Positions 56,352 through 64,000 of a stretch of 64,000 nt of DNA are shown here, one piece after another (the first letter of the stretch is position 1; each line of letters begins with the position of its first letter). Origin of the DNA: a virus; IMG/VR virus record IMGVR_UViG_3300046170_000478, positions 1 through 64,000 of that record. One strand, 5' to 3'. Below the pieces are notes generated by a model. That model worked only from the letters and a program-made list of their open reading frames with translations. It ran no database searches and was not told where the DNA came from. Position numbers and translations under genes: made by a program.

Positions 56352-58855
56352 GAGAAGGCATAACAAAAGTAGATTTGAATTTTACAAACGCTGGAGGAGG
56401 TCACACAGCGTCTGTAACTTCTTTCTTGAACCCCAAATCTGTAGAGACTGGGGAAGATTTGGGCATTGTCATCGGTGGGTTAGGTGAGATCAATAACTTT
56501 TCTAATCCTAAGATTACTGAGATGCTTGGGAATTTTATCTGCACTCAGAAAACTACTTCGGCTGGCCCTACAAAAAAAGCGATCACCAGAAGGTATGTGG
56601 ATAGAACGTCCTTACTTTTAGAATCTTATGTGGTTTTAGTTCGGGGTATCAATTCTGGTCCAAATGGAGGTAGTGATTTTGAAGGTGCAGTTCCATATTT
56701 TACAGAGGTCTCAAATACTCCCTTAACATCTTTTAGATCTCAGGGACCAAGAGTTGAAGGTTCTGTGATCTACATAGGAAAAGTTTATAATGTAGAGTCT
56801 GCAGCTAACTTCCAAGGAGTTAAGATTAGCCTTGTCTATCACAATAAGAAATTAAAAGAAGATCTCAGTTTAAACACTGAGTTTGTAAATGGCACTTATA
56901 AGGCTGCTCCAGATTTATCTCAATACGACTTGAAATTTGGTTATACCCTTTCTGATTTTAGATCAGCTTTAAATAGTGTTGGCATATCTATAAATGGATT
57001 ACCCTCAAGCAATAATACTTTATTTGAGACCAGTGGCACTCTCAGTAGTGTTGTTAGTAGTATAGCAAGTTATTTGGGTTATTATTGGTATGTAGACCCT
57101 AGAAATGGGAGTATTAACTTAATTAACAGTGAAATAGCTAGTCAAATACCAATTGATAATTATACAGATACAACCAATTCCGATATTGTAAGTGCATCTT
57201 TCACTGAGAGTATCGTTTCTAATAAAATAGTTAACGTTTATAATGGATCTACAGAAAAAGATTCAAACAATCCTAAAGATGACGATAGACCTAGACCGAT
57301 TTTCTTTAAAAGATGTCGATTTGAGACTCTAGGGATACATAAAAAAGCATCTAGAACTGTTTTGGCTGCTTTTTTCAGTTTGTTTGATCAGGAGGAAAGT
57401 GTTGATGTTTTTGATAAATTTACCTATTTCGCAACTGCAATAGCTAAAAACAAATCTTTGAAAAATGAAGTTTTTGGTAAAGAGAAATTAAATGATCATC
57501 CGTTTGATTTAAGTAAATTGTATCCTTATGAACCAGTTTTAAATCCAGAGGGAAATGCTCTACCACTAATTCCTTTCCTAGAAGAGCATGGGGGAAATGC
57601 TGATGAAAAATTAAGAGCAGTATTCAATACTAACGATGCAGAAGCAAAAAAAGAAGCGAAAAAAACATCTCTTCTTAATATGGATAGGATTACTAATAAA
57701 TTTAAATATATTAGGATGACTCAATATACCGTTCAAAACGGGAAAAATGTAGTTAAAAAAATGGAGAGACCCCATAAAAGTGAATTATATAGCTTTCTGA
57801 AATTATTTTATCAAATAGCTGGAGGTATTTACATTTCAAATGGCTATTCAGAATATAAGGTAGAGAGAATGGAGTTCTCAAATAGTAACAATGTCAATGT
57901 TGTTGGTCCTTTAAAAGCCTCTGATAAAATAAACGAAATTTCGGAATTATCGCCCATAACAGACTTTTTTGACTCTTTGGGCATAGACCAAGATGTGACA
58001 GTCAAAGGTCTAGCTAATTTGACTCAAGCAGAAAATCGTATTGGAGGAGTCCCAGCAAAAAGCACTCATGAGCATCATTTCATAGCTATTAGGTCTATAC
58101 CTAAGTTAGAGAGAGTTAAATCCACAAACAATCAGAAAATAGTTCAAAAAGATGCAAAGGTAGATTTTTCTCCTTTGCAGGAGTATTATGAAATTTATGA
58201 AAACCCAGCCAATAAAGAAGACCTCCTAGTAGGCGGACCAACTTTCCCCAACAACCTTATCGATAAAACTCTTGTTGAGGGAATGAAACATTTGATGAAT
58301 CAATCAATTGACAATTATTATAGAGCCATAAAGAAAAAAACAACTTTACGATTAACCTATAAACGGAGTAAGACACGGGTCAATAAAACAAGCGAAGATG
58401 GAGAAGAAGCTGAAGACGATGAATTGGCAGAAGCTTCAGAAGACGATCAGAAGATCGCTGAACTTTTTGATCGTTATGATTTGAAATATAATTCAATTGA
58501 AAGCCCACCTCATAATATGTTAAACAAGCTCAGTCTATCATCTGCTTCTGGTTCAACTGCAGAAATGAAGGTTCTCCAAAAAATTAGAGGTAAATACCGT
58601 AATCGCTTTGATAAGCCTGAATCTTCTAGTAGGACTTTCTATGGCCTTCAGATCCCAGAGTTTTCTCCAACAATGAATTCTGTTTCTATCTCTATCGGTC
58701 CAGATGGTATTACAACTACAGTGAGTGAGTCTACGATAAAGCTAATTCCACCAGATCAAGGTTTCCAGATTACAGAAGGAATGGAGGCGCTGACTCCGAA
58801 ATCAATGCTTCCAAGCTCCTTTAATGCGAGACAGAGGAACACTCTAGGTCTATGA
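56348..58855 (+). CDS. Large tail tip/hub protein (putative)
   Basis: 835 aa, last gene of the tail operon; 'SIASYLGYYWYVD' hub-like segment. Confidence 0.5.
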   Translation: MREGITKVDLNFTNAGGGHTASVTSFLNPKSVETGEDLGIVIGGLGEINNFSNPKITEMLGNFICTQKTTSAGPTKKAITRRYVDRTSLLLESYVVLVRGINSGPNGGSDFEGAVPYFTEVSNTPLTSFRSQGPRVEGSVIYIGKVYNVESAANFQGVKISLVYHNKKLKEDLSLNTEFVNGTYKAAPDLSQYDLKFGYTLSDFRSALNSVGISINGLPSSNNTLFETSGTLSSVVSSIASYLGYYWYVDPRNGSINLINSEIASQIPIDNYTDTTNSDIVSASFTESIVSNKIVNVYNGSTEKDSNNPKDDDRPRPIFFKRCRFETLGIHKKASRTVLAAFFSLFDQEESVDVFDKFTYFATAIAKNKSLKNEVFGKEKLNDHPFDLSKLYPYEPVLNPEGNALPLIPFLEEHGGNADEKLRAVFNTNDAEAKKEAKKTSLLNMDRITNKFKYIRMTQYTVQNGKNVVKKMERPHKSELYSFLKLFYQIAGGIYISNGYSEYKVERMEFSNSNNVNVVGPLKASDKINEISELSPITDFFDSLGIDQDVTVKGLANLTQAENRIGGVPAKSTHEHHFIAIRSIPKLERVKSTNNQKIVQKDAKVDFSPLQEYYEIYENPANKEDLLVGGPTFPNNLIDKTLVEGMKHLMNQSIDNYYRAIKKKTTLRLTYKRSKTRVNKTSEDGEEAEDDELAEASEDDQKIAELFDRYDLKYNSIESPPHNMLNKLSLSSASGSTAEMKVLQKIRGKYRNRFDKPESSSRTFYGLQIPEFSPTMNSVSISIGPDGITTTVSESTIKLIPPDQGFQITEGMEALTPKSMLPSSFNARQRNTLGL

Positions 58856-59632
58856 TTTTTTGCAGATTGCCATCAATTTCCTGCATTCTTTGGCTGGGAT
58901 GTCCTCATAAGACATCCAATTTGCGGCCTCTTCATTTCGGTAAGACTCCTTCTTCCACAATGACCTTAGAAACGTTTTAAACTCCTCAAAGGACTTTACT
59001 CCATGATTCTCGTTCAAAGCCTTCTGGAGCGATCCTGAGGGGGTTAATGGGAGCATTACTGAGTCACTAGAGGCATCATATTCCACACTATTAGAATTAT
59101 TCGCTCCTTTTGACTTATCAATCTCGTCTGCCCCTACGATATGGATATTTAAGAAATTACGGACACAACGAACAAAAGCCCTATTACAAGCAATAGTCTC
59201 TAGGAATTTAGCGCAAAAATCATCCGTATTATCTAATGAGGCATTGGCGACATCTTCGTAAATTGTGTTGATTCCAGCGCTTTCGTAATTCTTACCCCAA
59301 ATAATTCTACAAGTTGCTTTGACATATCCATCGGAAATATTCTCCGTTTCAAATGACACTGATTCAAAACCTCTTAGCTTGGCTAGTTCTTTAATGCCTC
59401 CGAGCATAATTAGGAGTTGATTGTCTTTCAATCCATCAGTAGAGCTTGGGACAGGCTTCTTCCTTGCTTCAAACCAACCTTTATTAGGATAAAGGAAGTC
59501 GTCTTTGATCATGGATCTCCAATCAACAGATCCGTCTTCATTAAAACAATACGAAGCATTCTCTAAAAGGCCGTGCTCGTTTCTCTTGTAAATATCTGGA
59601 CCGTAAACACTATTCTTGCTCATGTGGCTCAC
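58850..59632 (-). CDS. Rad52/Sak-like single-strand annealing protein
   Basis: 'GGIKELAKLRG...DVANA...FLETIACNRAFVRCVRNFLNI..VGADEI'. Confidence 0.55.
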   Translation of the reverse strand: MSHMSKNSVYGPDIYKRNEHGLLENASYCFNEDGSVDWRSMIKDDFLYPNKGWFEARKKPVPSSTDGLKDNQLLIMLGGIKELAKLRGFESVSFETENISDGYVKATCRIIWGKNYESAGINTIYEDVANASLDNTDDFCAKFLETIACNRAFVRCVRNFLNIHIVGADEIDKSKGANNSNSVEYDASSDSVMLPLTPSGSLQKALNENHGVKSFEEFKTFLRSLWKKESYRNEEAANWMSYEDIPAKECRKLMAICKKS

Positions 59633-60740
59633 GGTAAACTCTAAAAAATTCTAAGTCAAGATAAAAATGATCTAAATTTTTTCGTTCATTTAAATCAAAA
59701 TAGCTAGGATAAATCTCGTCTCCACAAACAATTTTTTTATTACTTTTAATTTTAATTGTATTAAAATCGTCGATATCAATCCTTTTTTTATTATTCTCAA
59801 TAATAGCCTCAGTATCTAGATAATTAATTAGCTGATCAAAGTTTTTTGATCTTTCTTCAGTGAGGTTATCTGAAGAGGTGCATATTGTGATAGTGGGTAT
59901 ACCCTGATCTTTTACAAGTTTACAGAAATCAAGATCAAACAAATCCGCTTTATATATTAACTTTTTTATTCTCTTGGATTTAATCAGGCTCTCGCTAATG
60001 GGTTTTGAAGTAGTAACTTCAACTTTATTTCTTTGTAGAATATGATACAGGACTTCTTCGTTATGAGCGTAGTCCATCCTTACATCGATATGATCAGACA
60101 CAATATTTGTGCGCTTTATCGGTACAACCTCGTAAAAATCTGACTTATAATTACCCCCAATGAAAATAGTTTCATGAACAACTTTCTCATCGATCTCTAA
60201 AACATCAAGAACAGCTTGAGCGATCTCCTCTGGTTTTATGAAATTAATTGTTTTTGGATTTTCCTCTAAAGAAAATGAGGGTTTTTTTCCACCTCTATCT
60301 GATTCAATTGTTATCGCTTTTGTTTTATCATTCCAAAGCGGAGAACATGTGTCTGCATATGTGTGAGCATAGATACCTACAACGGGCTTATCTAATGCAG
60401 AAGCTATGTGAACAGGGACGCTATCAATCCCGACATGTCCCAGAGAGTTTTTTATAATATATGCAGATTGCTTCAGAGTTTCTGTGGGCATATGAGCATC
60501 TACGCCGTCAATTGTTTTTTCTCCTTTAGCTCCGACTTGGATGATTTTAATATCTCCCAAATGCGTTTTAAGAAGTTCAACAACATCAACCCACATGTCA
60601 TATTCTTTCGCCTGAACTTTCTTGTCATTATGAATTGTAATATACTTATCGTATAAAACTGGGAAATAATGAGGATTCAATACTGGTTTACCAATCTTTA
60701 CTCCGCATGATTTGGCGTATTCCTCTGCTAGATGGCTCAT
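59610..60740 (-). CDS. GT9 (heptosyltransferase-like) C-terminal domain + unknown domain
   Basis: 'KEY..W..VV.LL...IIQVG...LKQSAYII....VGIDSVPVHIASALDKPVVGIY...I.PEEI'. Confidence 0.75.
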   Translation of the reverse strand: MSHLAEEYAKSCGVKIGKPVLNPHYFPVLYDKYITIHNDKKVQAKEYDMWVDVVELLKTHLGDIKIIQVGAKGEKTIDGVDAHMPTETLKQSAYIIKNSLGHVGIDSVPVHIASALDKPVVGIYAHTYADTCSPLWNDKTKAITIESDRGGKKPSFSLEENPKTINFIKPEEIAQAVLDVLEIDEKVVHETIFIGGNYKSDFYEVVPIKRTNIVSDHIDVRMDYAHNEEVLYHILQRNKVEVTTSKPISESLIKSKRIKKLIYKADLFDLDFCKLVKDQGIPTITICTSSDNLTEERSKNFDQLINYLDTEAIIENNKKRIDIDDFNTIKIKSNKKIVCGDEIYPSYFDLNERKNLDHFYLDLEFFRVYREPHEQE

Positions 60741-62452
60741 CGTAACTCAAATTGTGTTTTATCTTTACCGTTATGGAGATAGTTTAAATGTTTTTGCGTC
60801 CCAATATTAGGTAAAAAAGCCATGTCAAAATACCCCTGATGATCTCCCTTCCCTTCTAGCATTAATAGGTTTTGAAGACTATCTTGATATGGAAGGATTT
60901 TATGAACGCTTGGATTATCCTCAATCATTTGATAAAATTGAGGTTTAGTAAATACATATATATTTTTTTCTGGATATAAATCTTTAAGATTTTTCATTAA
61001 AGAATTCAGGATGAGAATATCTCCAGCTGATTCAGGAAGAACAACGGCGATTCTATTAGAAATGCCTTCATCGCCTAATACATCTTCAATCCCTAAGGTC
61101 TTGCGAGAGTCTTCAGCCTCTTCTTCTTTAACTTCAGGTTTTTTTAGGTTTAAGAGGACTTTCTTCAGTTTTTCTACTGTAGACTGTACTGAAAACTCCT
61201 TCTTTACGTATTCCATACCCTTCTCCGCTAGAACCATAGTGTCAACTTCTGTCATCCCACGCACCATTTTCAACTTTGCAGCTATATCCTTCGGGCAAGT
61301 CGATGCTTTAATAAACTGAGTGCTAGGTTCTCTATATGAATTCCATTTTAGAGGGATTCCCCCTTGATGTTCATAGCACGAATCTGTTCCACAGGAATAT
61401 TCCGTGACTAAAGTCACTAGACCCGCTGCTTTAGCCTCTTGAATCGGCAACTCTTGTCCTCCGCTTGTAAATGGATGACAATAAACATCCATACAATTAT
61501 AGAGTTCGTTCAACTGTTTTTCATTAATTCCCTTCGCGCTATTTTTAGTTTTAAACGATTTTTCTTTTTTACAACGTGGGCAGTCCTTGTCTTCTCCTTG
61601 GTAAGGTGCAATGTGGTAATAATCACAAGCATGGCAAAGGTAAGTGGACAATACATCATCCTGATCGATATCCATTTCTTTAAGATACCTTGGTATATCC
61701 CAGCCATGAGATGTTTCCCCCCAATCTGTATGTAATAGTAATTTTGCGTTAACATTCGGGTTTTCTTCTTTGAAGATCTTAAATCCCTCTAAAAGATTGG
61801 GTACTGATTTCCTCAATTGGTTCTTAAAAACAAATCCTATTACATAACTTGAGTCTAAACCAAATCTCTCTCTTACCGCAGACCTATAATCCATTGGTTT
61901 GAAATGAGAGTAATCAACAGCCCCATGAATTGTCTCTACATTTTTATGTCCGAGCTTCTTCATTTCTTCCTCTGCAAATGATGCCCACACTAACATCTTA
62001 TCACAGTGAGGCTCCATTTGTTTTGCTTGATCCAGTATCGGGAGGCTATCTAAAGTCGTCCAAAGAACTTTGTTAATTTTATTCCACCAAGGTTTTTTAT
62101 GATATTCAGAAAAGGCCCAAATATCTTCAATCCCAAGATATACGTCTGGTTTAGATTTTTCTACAATTTCGTCTATCGTATAATAACCATATTGAGCCAT
62201 TCTTTCTTTTTGACCATTCCCTTGAATTGATCTTAAGACTGATGGATCACTGGGGTGAGTCCCATACGACTCCCAAGGGGTCAGTAAGTCTGCTCCAAAT
62301 TTTGCGCCGTTTCCAGCTTCAATAACTTCAATGTGTGGGTCATTATGTAATGCTAACAAAATATTTTTAGCATTTTTCCCAAACCCCGTAACAAGTCTGC
62401 TATGATTAGAGTGTATTAAGACCCTTAGTTTTTTAGAATGGGACTCCATCAT
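60737..62452 (-). CDS. GT4-like glycosyltransferase with zinc ribbon and a C-terminal GT9 N-domain
   Basis: 'TGFG', 'KNQLRKSVP', 'CHAC...CPRC', 'LYNCMDVYCHP...GQELPIQEAKAAG'; C-terminal 'AGDILILNSL..LK..YP...IEDNP.V'. Confidence 0.8.
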   Translation of the reverse strand: MMESHSKKLRVLIHSNHSRLVTGFGKNAKNILLALHNDPHIEVIEAGNGAKFGADLLTPWESYGTHPSDPSVLRSIQGNGQKERMAQYGYYTIDEIVEKSKPDVYLGIEDIWAFSEYHKKPWWNKINKVLWTTLDSLPILDQAKQMEPHCDKMLVWASFAEEEMKKLGHKNVETIHGAVDYSHFKPMDYRSAVRERFGLDSSYVIGFVFKNQLRKSVPNLLEGFKIFKEENPNVNAKLLLHTDWGETSHGWDIPRYLKEMDIDQDDVLSTYLCHACDYYHIAPYQGEDKDCPRCKKEKSFKTKNSAKGINEKQLNELYNCMDVYCHPFTSGGQELPIQEAKAAGLVTLVTEYSCGTDSCYEHQGGIPLKWNSYREPSTQFIKASTCPKDIAAKLKMVRGMTEVDTMVLAEKGMEYVKKEFSVQSTVEKLKKVLLNLKKPEVKEEEAEDSRKTLGIEDVLGDEGISNRIAVVLPESAGDILILNSLMKNLKDLYPEKNIYVFTKPQFYQMIEDNPSVHKILPYQDSLQNLLMLEGKGDHQGYFDMAFLPNIGTQKHLNYLHNGKDKTQFELR

Positions 62453-63011
62453 CTTCGTCTTCAGTTACCTCTTGTTTAGGCTCTTCGTATTGTTTTTTTT
62501 CGTATTTGGGTTTTTGATTCTGATAAGAGTCAGCTACAACGAAAGAGTCTAAAATATACTTTTTCATTAGTTCTCCGAGAACCTCTGTTTCTCCAGCTTC
62601 TAAGGGAAGCTTGAATGTCTGAGAAGAATTTCTCGTTACAGTGAACCCAAATGCAGGGGTTTCAAGCCATTCTTCCCCATCTTTATTCATAATTTTTCTT
62701 TTTTTATCCCAAGGCGTGAATTTAATGATCGTAGTGTCTTTATCCCGTCTATGGAAGGCTACGAAAGGAATTCTGGTTTTTAGTGAAGATAAAATTTCTC
62801 CAGCTTCATTAGCTGTTAACTTAATGGTTCCAGACTTTTCTGGATTTTTAGCATTTTCTTTAAAAGAACCGCTTTTGGTTTGATCATTCCAGCTGTGTTG
62901 TTGAATCATAGAGACGTACATCACTGCATTTCCCTTCTTGTCTTTTGCGATATCAAAACTGAATGCAGATCCTGCATTTTTAGAGTTTGGCTTATAAAGA
63001 GTAAATTTCAT
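62433..63011 (-). CDS. Putative single-stranded DNA-binding protein (PC4/Whirly-like)
   Basis: Acidic C-terminal tail 'EDEDDGVPF'; duplicated beta-sheet-plus-helix pattern (KLTANEAG / PLEAGETE). Confidence 0.6.
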   Translation of the reverse strand: MKFTLYKPNSKNAGSAFSFDIAKDKKGNAVMYVSMIQQHSWNDQTKSGSFKENAKNPEKSGTIKLTANEAGEILSSLKTRIPFVAFHRRDKDTTIIKFTPWDKKRKIMNKDGEEWLETPAFGFTVTRNSSQTFKLPLEAGETEVLGELMKKYILDSFVVADSYQNQKPKYEKKQYEEPKQEVTEDEDDGVPF

Positions 63012-63049
63012 TGAATTTGTGTAATTTATAGAAGATAATCTATTGTATC

Positions 63050-63886
63050 ATGGCTTTTAATAAAATTCAACCTGAACAGATCCAATTGCACACTTTCTTT
63101 AGTGACTCTGGAGATCTAAATATAACTCAAACAAATACAGGAGTTAAAATCAATGTTTCTAGGAACTTGACGGGTGATTTTTCTTTTACGGGAAATTTGA
63201 CTAATAACGGTAAATCAATTGCGAGTTTTGCTCAGAAAACTAATAACATCTATAATACAAATAGTGGAAACTTTTTGTTTCTAGGTAGCAATACTGAAAT
63301 CGGAGATGGACTAAATGCATATAATAATTTCGCAATTTCATGCAATGACAGTAGCATTAGTGGAATTAACAATGCTGTTTTCCGCGCAGATTCTGTAGAA
63401 TTCAGGACAGGTAGTCAAGAAAATGTTTGCTTGGCTGGGCATGGTATAACGTTTACTGACACTGCAACGGGCAGTGTCGTCTTAAAAGATAACCTAACCA
63501 CAAACTCAATTACCGTAAGTCAGCAAGACGCCTTATATGCGAAATTTAGTTCTGGTCATTTCTTCCAAGGTGGAGACACTTATTTCCAACAGAGTTTAAG
63601 TGTAGACGGAACTGGCATATTTAGTGGTCAATTAGATGTTCTGAGCGATGCGGTGTTAAGCGGTAGCACCATTGTCAATGAACAAATGTTGAACGGCCCT
63701 CACACTGTAACGGGAATCGTAAGATATCAGACGGGATTCGCCCTCCCTAAATGGTTGGGTAATAGCATGGGAGCTTCTGAAGGATCTCCTGTAACGGAAG
63801 CAACAGGAGCACTCGCCATCTCAGGATCTACTTTATGCGTATTTATTGGAGGGAGTTGGGCTGGAATCGGTTTAACCTCCATTTAA
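63050..63886 (+). CDS. Virion/fibre-like protein
   Basis: G/S/T/N-rich, C-terminal 'GALAISGSTLCVFIGGSW'; GTGTAA upstream. Confidence 0.55.
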   Translation: MAFNKIQPEQIQLHTFFSDSGDLNITQTNTGVKINVSRNLTGDFSFTGNLTNNGKSIASFAQKTNNIYNTNSGNFLFLGSNTEIGDGLNAYNNFAISCNDSSISGINNAVFRADSVEFRTGSQENVCLAGHGITFTDTATGSVVLKDNLTTNSITVSQQDALYAKFSSGHFFQGGDTYFQQSLSVDGTGIFSGQLDVLSDAVLSGSTIVNEQMLNGPHTVTGIVRYQTGFALPKWLGNSMGASEGSPVTEATGALAISGSTLCVFIGGSWAGIGLTSI

Positions 63887-63999
63887 TCCATATCAATCTT
63901 TATTGATTTATTCTCAAAACTAGTTTGATTATCTGCAATGTGCTTTTTGCCGATGTCCCTTTCGTAGTCTTTGAAGTGTTTAGTCTTAACGGGGTCTTG
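63883..63999 (-). CDS. 3' end of a gene extending beyond the window
   Basis: Open frame ...QDPVKTKHFKDYERDIGKKH...IKIDMD-stop. Confidence 0.5.
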   Translation of the reverse strand, partial: QDPVKTKHFKDYERDIGKKHIADNQTSFENKSIKIDMD

Positions 64000-64000
64000 T

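Overview
A 64-kb internal segment of a large, AT-rich tailed dsDNA phage, probably siphovirus-like: there is a tape measure and tail-tube-like genes, and no sheath gene was recognised. No DNA polymerase, integrase, lysin, tRNA or CRISPR array was seen, so the genome extends beyond the window. Layout: 1-7.3 kb, two very long modular tail-fibre/adhesin genes built from GNVGIGT-delimited modules. 7.3-20.3 kb, glycosyltransferases, sulfotransferase, ThyX, DUF1599, RuvB-like ATPase, pyrimidine-dimer glycosylase, MazG-like protein, a beta-propeller with a 21-bp VNTR, and an HNH-AP2 endonuclease. 20.3-27.8 kb, a leftward 'early-type' island of small genes. 27.8-58.9 kb, PhoH, phage sigma factor, ERCC4-like nuclease, terminase, portal, protease/scaffold, capsid, neck, tail and baseplate genes. 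58.9-64 kb, Rad52-like annealing protein, GT4/GT9 glycosyltransferases and an SSB. Best candidates for undescribed systems: (1) five 75-bp elements of fixed geometry (25-bp palindrome / 25-bp GC spacer / 25-bp palindrome) that partition the early island into cassette-like blocks; (2) 19 nucleotide-identical copies of the 15-mer GTTGGTATAGGAACA that delimit tail-fibre modules in frame, suggesting a DNA-level module-shuffling code; (3) an apparently two-tier leaderless transcription programme, with sigma70-type promoters 6-8 nt before ATG for early/middle genes and a GTGTAA motif before late genes. All product calls come from visual motif recognition; no database searches were run.
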